NCBI RefSeq assembly: GCF_036588685.1 | Contig: NC_086377.1 | Coordinates: forward strand, 32,798,001-32,862,000 | DNA length: 64,000 bases | Origin: Mytilus trossulus | Taxonomy: Eukaryota | Direction: 5' to 3' | In this document: one piece after another, positions 13,965 to 24,606 of the stretch | Layout: every line of letters starts with the position of its first letter | Numbering within the stretch: position 1 is the first letter of the stretch | The notes under the pieces: generated by a model | What the model was told of the DNA's origin: nothing | Database searches by the model: none | What the model saw: only the letters and a program-made list of their open reading frames with translations | Translations under genes and position numbers: made by a program

Positions 13965-14032
13965 AGACGACGACGCCAACGTGATAGCAATATACGACGA
14001 AATTTTTTTCAAATTTTGCGGTCGTATAAAAA
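12036..14032 (+). mobile_element. Helentron-like non-autonomous element with nested tandem arrays
   Basis: Subterminal inverted repeat ttatacgaccgca (12062-12074) / tgcggtcgtataa (14017-14029). Internal units of about 82 bp x2, 262 bp x2 and 161 bp x4. (GAC)n at 13933-13976, 3' hairpin, A-rich flanks. Confidence 0.8.
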
Positions 14033-14782
14033 TGATATGATATGCATAGGAATACAACAATTGAAATGGAATTCAAAATCCTTAAAAAAAGTTATTTACA
14101 AAACATCGATCATATAACATTATACTTCAAATTATAAGCATGATATAAATAACAATCCAAAAAATATATTAAACGCTTTCAAAGAAAGGCTGAAAATCTT
14201 AAACCAATTTGAGCAGCTACATTTATTTATGAGACTGTCCAGTATGGTACATTAACAATTACATTTATCAGATAACAAAATCTCACTCTAACATTGGAAC
14301 AACAATTTACTTTATATAGACATTGATAATACAAAACACATTAAAAACGAAAAAATCTGCATCAATACAGTGTATGGACATTATGTTTTATCATATCATA
14401 CTATGCAAAAAACACTTTTTTTCCCTGAGCATCTATCATGAGATTTTCAAACTTTTCTTTAGACTACAGTGTCAAAGTGTCATGCCTGAGGATATCCTAG
14501 TTTAGAAAAGATATTAGAATTGTTGATGAAAAGGATTTAACTTATAGCTACTAATTAGAAGATAACATAATAATTTTTTATCACTTATTGAAGGTTTATA
14601 CACATAAAAAGATAATTCTTTGAGCATTTGCAGCGACACAGATTTCTTTTATACATCCCTGAAGAACTTGTTGCTAATAAATGTCATGCACATTTATGAA
14701 CAAGTTATGTAAAGCAACAAAAAAATTAACTATCAAGTCTGTCCAGCGGAATGAAGGCACCTTTGTCAGAATTGTTCCTCTT

Positions 14783-17700
14783 TTAAACTGGTACCTTGAG
14801 TATTGATGATTTCTTTGCTTGGTTCTTCTTCAAACTATTCTTCATCAAATCTCCAACAATTGAACCCATTTTGTCTTTCAATTTCTGTATGATACATGGT
14901 TTCACAACTTCATTTTTGTCAGCGATTTTATCATTTGTATTTTTATAACTTGTTGAACATGTTGGATGAAAAGTACTTCCCTTGTTTATTTCTGTTTGAT
15001 TCATACCTTTATTTAGTTTTATGCTTCCACTTTTATTTGAAACATTGTTTCTTTTTGTATTTCTAACAACTGTTTCTAAATCATCTCTAACATTGTCATG
15101 TGTTATTTGTAATTCTTTCATGAACTTCTCACGTTCCTTACATTTAGAACGAGTATTTTCAACAGTGGGTACCACAAATTCTGACACAGCTGCCTTATAT
15201 CCTTGTATATTGTATGGTAACACTTGTTCTGATACACAGGTTTTATCATTCTGTTGTCTGTTTGTCATTTGTTTAGTGTGATCATTAAATTCTTTACTTG
15301 ACACAGGCATTGATATTTCCTGTTGTGAACTTGTTTTGTATTTTTCAAACTTATTTCTTTCCTCAGTTTTTCTCTGTCCTGCCATGTCTGAATTTCGTTC
15401 AAACATTTTAAAATTAGACATGTAAGTATCACAACCTCCATTTTTAGCAAAATTATCCTGAGAATCTGAAGACTCATTGCCAATATATTTGTCTAAATCA
15501 ACACCTTCATAGACTGCTATACTACCTATGCTACTTGTATCATAACTTTCTTGTCTCTTAAACTTGTTTCTCATAGAGCAGTTTTCATCAAGTTCTTTTT
15601 TCTTATCTGATAAATTGTTGGTAGATTCTTTGTTCAGCTTATTTCTCTTTCTTTTAGGAGAGATTGTTTCATGTTTTTGTTTGGGAAAGCTATTAACTTG
15701 CTGTTCTCTGAGTTGATTGGATAGTATTGTTTCGGCCTCTTCAATACCAATGACTTCAAAGTTTTCTATGTTGTCTCTTGATAAATTTTTCTGTGTTTTT
15801 CTTATTGAGTTGTTCCTTGTTTTCCTACTTTTGCTCTTTTTCTTTTCTTTCTCTGGAAAACCTTCGATTGGGGAATCCTTTTGCAAATCATTACGTTGTA
15901 ATCTTGTATTCTTTTGTCTTGGAACCCGGTTTAATTTCACAGTACATTCACTTACAATTATATTTGCAGTTTTATATCTGTCAGGAGATTTTACCGGTCT
16001 GCCACATCGGGTTTTTGGTACAGTGGCATCTACAAGTTTATTGCACGTTTCCAAATTACTTTGTGATACGATATTTTGTTTTTGCACTTTATGTACAGGA
16101 CTTTGACAGACCATTTCACATTCTGTCGAAAACTGATTTTGCATTTTGGGTTTAATATGACCATTTTGTTTTGGCGGTTTCCTACGATTTGCAGGACCAT
16201 TTCTTTTCCTTGGTCTACTCCTTTGAAGCGTTGACTGTGACTTACTTTTGACGTTTTTTGTAACATTTGATAGATCTTCATTCTTTGTTGATAGCTTTCT
16301 TTTCTTTGCTTGTAGAGGACCTACTGATGTTGGTGTAGGTCCATAAACAATTCCTTTTGGAGGCTGCCTCGAATTGAATTCAAGTAATTTTCCTGACTCA
16401 ATTGCTATTCTTTTCTGTGCAATTCGCCGAGTTGCAAATCTTGTCTTATATATTGGACTTTTCAAATTGAAGAATGGCCCCAATGAGGCATATTGAGTGT
16501 TGTGTATTGGACTTGTTAGTCTAAATGAACCTGTAGATTTATGTGATGAGGCATATTGAGTGTTCTGTATTGGACTTGTTAGTCTAAATGAACCCGTAGA
16601 CTTATGTGATGAGGCGTATTGAGTGTTTTGTATTGTACTTGTTTGACTAAATGAACCTGGAGACCTATGTGATGTACGTGGAGGCTTCTGTAATTTAACA
16701 GAACTATTGTCTCTTTCATTCCTCATCCTTTTTTTAGCTAGCCTTTGTGATGCATATCTGGTCTTATATCTTGGACTCTTTATATAGAGTGGACTTTTTA
16801 CAGAAGATCTTTTAGAACTTGTAGTATCTTCAGAAATGTCCAGAGTTGAATGGTTTAAAAGTCCTTGTGTGCGTACATAACTGTCATGAATATTGGGTGG
16901 ACTCACAGTAATGACTTCTTCGGTGTGTAATGCTTCCTTCTCTGATGTACCAATATTGGAATTAAAAACATCTGAATTACGATTTAGTTTTTTCGTTGCT
17001 ATCTTTACCTCTGCATATCTGGTTTTGTAACTAGGACTATTAATTACAGGCATTTTTCCTGATGCAACAATAGGTGTGTCTAGATTGTTTACCTTTTTCT
17101 CGACTAAAGGTTGAAATGTCCTAATTGTTGGTTCTTTCACACAATGTATATCTAACTTTGGAGAAAGGGTTTCAGTAGAAGAATAATCTGTATCTCTGCT
17201 ACTTTTTTCTAACGACTGAGAATTGTTCTTTTTGCTTAATCTATTTATGTTTATACATTGGGAGACTTTTGTTGACGATATCTTTTTATGGGTTTTTAGT
17301 TTACCATTTGATGAGGAGGGTGTCTTTAGTGGAGACGTTTTCTTGATGCTACTTTCTCTACTACTGTTATCACTTGATTTCTTTTTCATCTTGAAATATC
17401 TTCTTTTCACCATTTCTCTAATACTGGCAACCTTGTCTTCTAATACAGAATTATTCTCACCATACTCTTTTCTAATGTTTGAGACAGCTGATTGAAGTGC
17501 TTTAGTTTCATCATTTGAATCCTTTTGATAGAAAGCATTAGATATAAAAGGTCTATTGTTAATTTTGCTGATTTCAAATTTGAAATTCTTTTTCAACCAT
17601 ATTTTTTTCTTCTTCATGCATCTTTTAGTATGCAACTTTTGATGTGGAATGTCAATTTCTATATCACTTTCTATACTAGAGCAATTATCTGTCATTAGAT

Positions 17701-20700
17701 TATCATCGTCTAAAATGCTACCATCCTCAGATTTACCACTTACAGGACTGTACATACAACTAGCTCCCTGCAGGGTATTTTCCACGCTTGAATTATCGTC
17801 CTCATAACCAATATCCCAGAAATAATCGTGGTCAAAATTGCTTTCTATGTCTGACGAGCAGCTATTTTCAGAAAGAGTCCTCTCTGGTGTAGCATCATCG
17901 TCTGGAACAGTACTATCATCAGCGAGATAACTGCCATGGCTACTCAGTGATTTACGGTCATCGCTATCTATACTACTACAATCTTCAATAGTAGTCTGAT
18001 CAGCCAGGTCATTATCTATGCTGCTACATTCATCAAAAGAACTGCAATACCCCAACATTGGATTTGCAAGAAAAAATGAAACGTTCTGATCAGCTTTAAT
18101 AAAAACACCATCTTTTTGTTTTTTCTTCTTACTAAAACTAATTTCATTATCACTGGATTCAACATTCTGATCAGCTTTAATAAAAACACCATTGTTTTGT
18201 TTTTTCTTCTTACTGAAACTAATTTCATTATCACTAGAATCAATATTCTCATGTGTTTCCTTTGGTGCCCTAATAGTTATTTTAATATTTGGCCGCTTAA
18301 AACTTATTTCAACTTCACTGTCACATGTATCAGACTCTTTTGTCTTTTCAAAACCTCTTTGAGGAGAACTTCTTTTTTTCACAATGTCTCGACTCGCAAA
18401 ACTTATTTCATTTTCACTATCATAGCTTTGTGAATTTTCATGACCATTTCTAATCTTTTTCTTGATGTCTGACTTCTGAAAAATCCTTTTTTTATGAGAC
18501 TGAATAAATGATTTAAATTGGGTCTGTTTATCATCATGAATGTTGTCATGGTAATCCGAGCTATAATTAGACTTTGGAGAGAGACAAGCACTTGATTGAA
18601 GTTTGGGTCGAAATTGCTTACAGATTTCAGTTTTGCCAGAGAAATATTTTCCTAATAAGTTTTCTGACATGTTTTGTCTAAATTTCCTTTCCTGGTCAGT
18701 TTTATTTTCATGAAGAAGACTTGACCCCTTTCCAGTAAATTGTCCCCTGAGATTGTCATTTGGATTCATACCATACATTTCTAAATTCTGATTTTTATTT
18801 TGCATTTGTTCTATGTAGTTCATCCTAGATAAAGAAGAAGCATCATTTCGAATTATATCTTTAGTAAATCTGCCTTTAGTGGCAACAGTGTGCTTAGACA
18901 TGTCTTGAAATAGACTAAAATGTGAAGCTCCATTTTTTACATCCTCTTCTTTTTCAGAATGAAATTTAAGCATGGTATCCTGTTTATCAATAGTATGTTT
19001 TAATTGAAAGTTAGGTGTGTTCGAATTTTTAACATGGCCAAGCTGGCTTAAATCATTATTCAGATTCTCGTCTTTGGTAATGTAAGAACTATTGTCTGGG
19101 TTTACAGCTTTTAAACCAATATGACTCCCAGAAGACATAATACTCCGACCAGATAATCTCCTTCTTCTAGGTTTTGAATCTGTACTGTCATCAGAAAATT
19201 CACTTATATCAATGTTTTCGAATAATGTGATATGCTGGGGTGATGGCCAAGATAATAAATTGTCAGTTCCTGCATAATTAGAAAGTTTCGGCAAATCTAT
19301 CATTTGATCACCAGCTTGATTCAATCTGCCATATTCACCTACACCTGTTGAGTTGAAACTTCCTTGTAATGGCTGATTTATTGTATTCATACGATTTTGC
19401 AATGACCTGACAGTACTACTCACTCCATTTTCCCATAGTTCTAAATGTTCTTCAAATTTGTTGTACTTATTAAAACTAATATCTGGCTGAGTTGAAATTT
19501 TGGGATTTTTTCCTTCTAAAGTTTGTCTATTTTCATATAAAAACTCATTCTGTTTAAGATCCTCTAGCTTTCCAAATAACAAAAATGAAACTGGACCTTT
19601 TTGAGATGAATCTAATTCGATGTTCATTTCATCAGTTTCTCTATGACCTCTATTTGACATTGGATGAAAATGTTTGACTGCTTCGTTGTCTGTATCCTCA
19701 TCATCCGTAGATACGGTAGATGACATACCCTGTTCATCAGAGGTGGCGAGAACATAAATATCTGTCTCAGAATCCATCATAGAGGAGACTGTAACAGTAT
19801 CTGACTCATTCTCTTCTGTTGATGTCTCCTCTGTGGAACACGTTGAAGGTGACCTTGTAAGCTGAATCCCACTCAAACCAGTATGCATATGTCTGATGTG
19901 AGTTTTTAATTGATTGTGCTGTCCAAACCTTGCATGGCAAAGTTTACAAGAAAATGGTCTGGGATGCTTGTGAGTCCTCAAGTGCATTCGTAATTCATTG
20001 TCAAATTGAAATGCACTTGAGCAAAAGTTACACCCAAAAGGCTTCTGGCGTGTATGTTGCAATAAATGAGCATCTAAAAGAGGCTTTTGCATGAATTCTT
20101 TATTGCAAATGTCACATTTGTACGATTGTTTATGATGATTTCCTTCAGAAAGTTTTGATGAGTTTCTGTGTGTCCCATGTTCCTCAATTTCATGTCCTTT
20201 CAGATCAGAAATACTTTCAAAGTATCTGTCACAAAAATTACATGGAAACATTGTTAGTTCATGTAATTTCTTGTGATCTGCTAACCATCCTTTATCTAGA
20301 AATGTCTTATTGCAGATATTACATATATACTGTTCAGGTGTGGACTCTACTAGCTCTGAACATTCAACCGACAACTCATCTGAATCAGCAGGATCATCAA
20401 AATGTTTCAGTCTGTGCATATTTAGTTTGACCATTGATGTGAAAGCCGCAGTACAGTGATCACAAACATGATTCTTACTGTTTTTATGCATTCTATTTTG
20501 ATGTATACGTAGATTTTTTATGGTTGAGTAACTTTTAGAACAGAATCCACATTGATATGGAGTATTTCCTGAATGAACTCGTTCATGGATAAGGAGACTC
20601 TCCTGATTTAGGAATTTCCGATTGCAAAGATTACATTTGAAGTGGTCTTCTCCATTCTCATGCCATTTCATATGTGTTCTAAAATTACCTACCCTTATAA

Positions 20701-20965
20701 AACTTTTATCACATTGATCACACTTATAAGCTTTTTCCTCCTGAGAACTTTTTATTTGTTCTCCATGTGATGAGGTATCCTGTTCAGTGTGTGCACTTGC
20801 CTGATGAAGGATAAGATACTGTTTATTAATGAATGCTGCAGGGCACTGTTCACATCTGAATCTAAATTCAGTCGGCTGATTCTCATGAAGGTCAAGATGA
20901 TTTTTCAGTTCAGTCGGCTTGGAAAATCCAATGTTACACAAGGGACAACCATATAGCTTATCCAT
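14783..20965 (-). CDS. 2060-aa C2H2 zinc-finger protein (11 N-terminal fingers, long low-complexity tail), single coding exon
   Basis: Uninterrupted 6.18-kb ORF. 11 CxxC-x12-Hxxx(x)H fingers in the first ~363 aa, with HSGNTPY and HTRQKPF linkers. Acceptor ttttacag at 20995-21002 and an in-frame TAG just upstream of the ATG. Confidence 0.95.
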   Translation of the reverse strand: MDKLYGCPLCNIGFSKPTELKNHLDLHENQPTEFRFRCEQCPAAFINKQYLILHQASAHTEQDTSSHGEQIKSSQEEKAYKCDQCDKSFIRVGNFRTHMKWHENGEDHFKCNLCNRKFLNQESLLIHERVHSGNTPYQCGFCSKSYSTIKNLRIHQNRMHKNSKNHVCDHCTAAFTSMVKLNMHRLKHFDDPADSDELSVECSELVESTPEQYICNICNKTFLDKGWLADHKKLHELTMFPCNFCDRYFESISDLKGHEIEEHGTHRNSSKLSEGNHHKQSYKCDICNKEFMQKPLLDAHLLQHTRQKPFGCNFCSSAFQFDNELRMHLRTHKHPRPFSCKLCHARFGQHNQLKTHIRHMHTGLSGIQLTRSPSTCSTEETSTEENESDTVTVSSMMDSETDIYVLATSDEQGMSSTVSTDDEDTDNEAVKHFHPMSNRGHRETDEMNIELDSSQKGPVSFLLFGKLEDLKQNEFLYENRQTLEGKNPKISTQPDISFNKYNKFEEHLELWENGVSSTVRSLQNRMNTINQPLQGSFNSTGVGEYGRLNQAGDQMIDLPKLSNYAGTDNLLSWPSPQHITLFENIDISEFSDDSTDSKPRRRRLSGRSIMSSGSHIGLKAVNPDNSSYITKDENLNNDLSQLGHVKNSNTPNFQLKHTIDKQDTMLKFHSEKEEDVKNGASHFSLFQDMSKHTVATKGRFTKDIIRNDASSLSRMNYIEQMQNKNQNLEMYGMNPNDNLRGQFTGKGSSLLHENKTDQERKFRQNMSENLLGKYFSGKTEICKQFRPKLQSSACLSPKSNYSSDYHDNIHDDKQTQFKSFIQSHKKRIFQKSDIKKKIRNGHENSQSYDSENEISFASRDIVKKRSSPQRGFEKTKESDTCDSEVEISFKRPNIKITIRAPKETHENIDSSDNEISFSKKKKQNNGVFIKADQNVESSDNEISFSKKKKQKDGVFIKADQNVSFFLANPMLGYCSSFDECSSIDNDLADQTTIEDCSSIDSDDRKSLSSHGSYLADDSTVPDDDATPERTLSENSCSSDIESNFDHDYFWDIGYEDDNSSVENTLQGASCMYSPVSGKSEDGSILDDDNLMTDNCSSIESDIEIDIPHQKLHTKRCMKKKKIWLKKNFKFEISKINNRPFISNAFYQKDSNDETKALQSAVSNIRKEYGENNSVLEDKVASIREMVKRRYFKMKKKSSDNSSRESSIKKTSPLKTPSSSNGKLKTHKKISSTKVSQCININRLSKKNNSQSLEKSSRDTDYSSTETLSPKLDIHCVKEPTIRTFQPLVEKKVNNLDTPIVASGKMPVINSPSYKTRYAEVKIATKKLNRNSDVFNSNIGTSEKEALHTEEVITVSPPNIHDSYVRTQGLLNHSTLDISEDTTSSKRSSVKSPLYIKSPRYKTRYASQRLAKKRMRNERDNSSVKLQKPPRTSHRSPGSFSQTSTIQNTQYASSHKSTGSFRLTSPIQNTQYASSHKSTGSFRLTSPIHNTQYASLGPFFNLKSPIYKTRFATRRIAQKRIAIESGKLLEFNSRQPPKGIVYGPTPTSVGPLQAKKRKLSTKNEDLSNVTKNVKSKSQSTLQRSRPRKRNGPANRRKPPKQNGHIKPKMQNQFSTECEMVCQSPVHKVQKQNIVSQSNLETCNKLVDATVPKTRCGRPVKSPDRYKTANIIVSECTVKLNRVPRQKNTRLQRNDLQKDSPIEGFPEKEKKKSKSRKTRNNSIRKTQKNLSRDNIENFEVIGIEEAETILSNQLREQQVNSFPKQKHETISPKRKRNKLNKESTNNLSDKKKELDENCSMRNKFKRQESYDTSSIGSIAVYEGVDLDKYIGNESSDSQDNFAKNGGCDTYMSNFKMFERNSDMAGQRKTEERNKFEKYKTSSQQEISMPVSSKEFNDHTKQMTNRQQNDKTCVSEQVLPYNIQGYKAAVSEFVVPTVENTRSKCKEREKFMKELQITHDNVRDDLETVVRNTKRNNVSNKSGSIKLNKGMNQTEINKGSTFHPTCSTSYKNTNDKIADKNEVVKPCIIQKLKDKMGSIVGDLMKNSLKKNQAKKSSILKVPV

Positions 20966-21833
20966 TTTGAAATATGCTTCCTATTTTGTAGTTCCTGTAA
21001 AAAAAATAATGTAAATATCAATGATTCTTGGATATCAAATAAATATGAGAAATTTAACTTAGCTAAGAATAGGTTAAACATAATGCTGTTCCATAATTTA
21101 TTTCTTTTATTTTAAAGATATTTTGCCATTCAAAATTTGACAAAAAAAAACAGTCTAGATTTTATTTTTTTTAAGATTGAAACCTTTTCTAATTCAATAA
21201 CTTTGAAAAATAAAAGAATAATTTCTCCATGGGACACAGATGATGCCCTGCTGGAATAAAACTAAAAAATATAAAGGGCCATACCTCGAGAAAGGTAAAA
21301 GTGGTGCCACTTAAATTTGATCTAGATCTGAATTATGTGGTAATAAACATTGTATACAAGTTTCATATTCTTTGGTTGAGTCAAACTAAACAACCATTGT
21401 AGTATCAAAGTTTAAAATGGACCCACTGGACCATAATCATTTGTTACAGTAATGACTACCAATTTGAAAATGGGACCCAAAACAAAGAATCTTAATTCAC
21501 GGTGACAACAACTATGATGACAGCATATACTTATAAGCCACAAACCTTTGCTGTTGTATAATAAAATTATAAAAGAAAATCTGGTTTGAAAGTAGGTAAA
21601 ATTGAGAATGGAAATGGGGAATGTGTCAAAGAGACAACAACCTGACCAAATAAAAAAACAACAGCAGAAGGTCACCCCAACAGGTCTTCAATGTAGCGAG
21701 AAATTCCCACACCCGGAGGCGTCCTTCAGCTGGCCCCTAAACAAATATATACTAGTTCAGTGATAATGAACGCCATACTAATTTCCAAATTGTACACAAG
21801 AAACTAAAATTAAAATAATACAAGACTAACAAA

Positions 21834-21924
21834 GGCCAGAGGCTCCTGACTTGGGACAGGCGCAAAAATGTGGCGGGGTTAAACATGTTTGTGAGATCTC
21901 AACCCTCCCCCTATACTTCTATCC
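21834..21924 (-). ncRNA. Twister-like ribozyme, P5 permutation, family A, in the 3' region of the element
   Basis: GGGG GAGGG U UGAGAUCUCA C AAACAUGUU U^AA CCCC GC CACA-UUUU-UGCG CCUG UCCCAAGU CAGG A GCCUCUGGCC. Same strand as the RT. Predicted cut between 21881 and 21880. Confidence 0.8.
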
Positions 21925-22236
21925 AATGTAGAAAAGTAAACGCATAACAATACGCACATTAAAATTCAGTTCAAGAGAAGTCAGAGTCTGATGTCAGAAG
22001 ATGAAACCAAAGAAAATAAACAAAATGACAATAATACATAAATAACAACAGACTACTAGCAGTTAACTGACATGCCAGCTCCAGACTTCAATTAAACTGA
22101 CTGAAAGATTATGATTTCATCATATGAACATCAGGCACCATCTTTCCCGTTAGAAGTTTAGTATCATACCATCATAACATATATGAGAAGAACATAACCC
22201 GTGTCATGCCAACAACTGTTTTTAGAATAAATGTGT

Positions 22237-23240
22237 TTAGTTCCGACGCAAAGACCTTATCAGTGACTCAATATTAACGCCAAAATATGCAATCTTTAAT
22301 GACTTGACAACAGTATCGTATTTATATCCCTTCTTAATAAGTATATTCAAAGGTTTTGTAAGTTTCTGAGGTGAATACTGACACCTTTGTGCTTTATAAA
22401 GAATATTTCCATAAAAAAATGGATGTGAAATACCTGAACGTATAAGAAGTCTGCATGTTGAGCTATATTTACGAATGATGTCTTTATACTGATGATAAAA
22501 TTTAGTAAACATGGTAAATGTTTTGACTAGTTTGTGATATCGAAAACCCTGGTGTAATAATTTTTCAGTAATACATAAATTTCTCTCGTTAAAATCTAAA
22601 ACATTGTTACATACAAGAGCAAATCGTACAAGTTGAGATATATAAACACCGTAAGATGGTGACAAGGGAACATCATCATCTAAAAACGGATAATTAATGA
22701 TAGGAAATGAAAAATCATCCCTTTTATCATAAATTTTAGTATTCAGCTTTCCGTTAGTGATATAGATATCAAGATCGAGGAAAGGGCAGTGGTCATTGTT
22801 AGTATTAGCTTTATTTAAAGTATTGCAATACTCATAGAATGCTTGTAATCTTATAAGTAAGTTCAGCAGGATAAATTTCATGAATATACATACTGAAGTC
22901 GTCATTATTGAGAGCCAAAGTATCCTCCAAATATCTAAAAGTATTATTGAATTTGTTTATCAGATGTTGTTTTGATGGGTCTTTGCTTATTTTTGTCATA
23001 AATTGTAACTCATAACAATACAAAAGGAGGTCCGCAATAAGTGGTGCACAGTTAGTCCCCATTGGAATTTCCATAATCTGACGATATACAAAGCGAACAA
23101 AAATGTTATCTAGTAAAAATTCAAGGGCATATATAGTATCAAAGCATGTCCAATTAACATAGTTTTTTTGTTTATTGCTACTAAAAAATGACCTAAAAGA
23201 GTTTGAACATATATATTCACATTCTGAAACTTTTTTATGG
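22237..23240 (-). pseudogene. Disrupted Penelope-like reverse transcriptase
   Basis: Split over ORFs 22832..23293 and 22237..22905 by an insertion/frameshift near 22830-22860. The catalytic DD is altered to ED. Confidence 0.88.
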
Positions 23241-23395
23241 CTACACATGGATGTGGATGTAAGCAGATCTAAAGGATTCAGAAAATTTGACAAACAGTCA
23301 AAAACAAGATATTTTTGGTCTTTTGATTGATTTCAGCCATTTCAATTGATATTTCATAATGTGTCCTTCCATGTGTGATGTTAGTATGCACTATT

Positions 23396-23700
23396 GTTTC
23401 AGGTAAGGGTGATGGTTTTGTACCATCAAATGTTTAAACCACAGCAATTGCACCTGTGCTAAGTCAGTAATCTGTGTTTCTAGTTTCTTGTTGTATATAT
23501 ATATTTTACAGTTTGAATGGTATTACACTAGTAACTTTTGTGGCCCTTTATAGCTTGCTGTTCGGTGTAAGCCAATGATCCTTGTTTAACATGTTTAAGA
23601 TCAAACTTTCATCTATCATGGTTTACTTTTACAAGTTGTGACTTGGATGGAGAGTTGTATCATCTGCACTCATACCATATCGTATCTTCTTATATCTATG
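23396..23700 (+). mobile_element. Family C short repeat with a decayed twister-like motif (23396-23475)
   Basis: gggtgatggttttgtaccatcaaatgtttaaaccac-agcaattgca-cctgtgctaagtcag. Homologous to 56232-56501 (-) and sharing the terminal gagagttgt...cataccatatc segment. Confidence 0.65.
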
Positions 23701-24094
23701 GGAAAATATCTGCTACAGATTGATGATATTTAAGCATGATACATGAGACAGTCTTACTTTTTGACTCTCTCAGGATGATAATTTTAACCATACATGTGCT
23801 TTAATTCCTAAAGATTTCATATACCTATTATAAATTTTATTAGGATGAAAGGTCAATGATTAAAAGTCAATTAAAAAAGACAAAGTAAAACCTATTCAAT
23901 ACGTAAACACTTTTTTCCTACAGGTTTCATACACCTGCTCAAAATTTATGGAGTCAGAAGGTCAATGATTAAAAATTATTCAAGGAAATCAAGTCAAACC
24001 CAGTCAATAGACTGATTTTCATCTGTAAACATTTGACACAAACTTTGTAAGATATAAACAATGTTTATTAATAAAAATATAAAGTAATAATTAA

Positions 24095-24391
24095 ATTTTG
24101 GATGTAATGCATCTTCTGATTGGCTGACATTATTTTGTTATGAGCCCATAGACATAATTCAGTCATGTGACCGTGACGTCATCAACGTTTTTTCATGGTT
24201 TTCTATGGTTTAAAAAGGAATTTAGAATTAAATTATAAGAAATGACTGTAATATTTTTTCCGTCTTTTTCAAAATAACATAAAAAAATTGGTGCACACTG
24301 TTAAATAACCCGCTACACAGGTTATTCAGTGAGCACCAAATTTTTTATATTATTTCTTCATAAACAGAAAAAATATTACAGTCATTCCTTA
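24095..24391. mobile_element. Foldback-type repeat with a long inverted repeat at 24236-24391
   Basis: aatgactgtaatatttttt...ggtgcacactg / cagtgagcacc...aaaaaatattacagtcatt. Confidence 0.65.
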
Positions 24392-24606
24392 AATAAATTT
24401 TAACATTAAGATTTTGTATTTGTTTACTGACAATTATTCCCTGGAAATTTACAGCAGTTTTCAGACTATTACCGTAATATGCAATGATATTTTTAAAATG
24501 TCAAACAGCAGTTATGCAATAAGTTTTGTTTGTTTTTTTTTAGTTGATACTATTTTGTGTTTTTAGACATGGCCTTTTCGAGGTCAATGAAATTCATTCC
24601 TACATT

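Larger units (their letters stand above)
21597..23240 (-). mobile_element. 5'-truncated Penelope-like retroelement (probably Naiad-type, RT at C-terminus) with a 640-nt 3' region
   Basis: RT motifs IPMGTNCAPLIADL, FRYLED (decayed YxDD), FLDL, YDKRDDF and YGVYISQLVRF. The ORF stops at 22237 with no C-terminal GIY-YIG. The 3' region is shared with short copies elsewhere. Confidence 0.85.

Noticed and set aside
13911-14117. ORF with a poly-arginine run (protamine-like)
   Set aside because: It is the translation of the (GAC)n microsatellite at the 3' end of a Helentron-like element.
15021-20430. Multiple antisense and alternative-frame ORFs over the zinc-finger CDS
   Set aside because: They are shadows of the long, biased coding sequence, with no domain or splice support.
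21660-21740. Resemblance to HDV/CPEB3-like ribozyme ends (GGGGCC...GAAG...UUCUGCUG)
   Set aside because: No P1 3' strand follows the putative P3, so the nested double pseudoknot cannot form. Kept only as a hairpin.
22103-22146. Possible hammerhead (CUGAUG...GAAAUC)
   Set aside because: A9 of CUGANGA is missing, there is no stem III and stem I is out of register.
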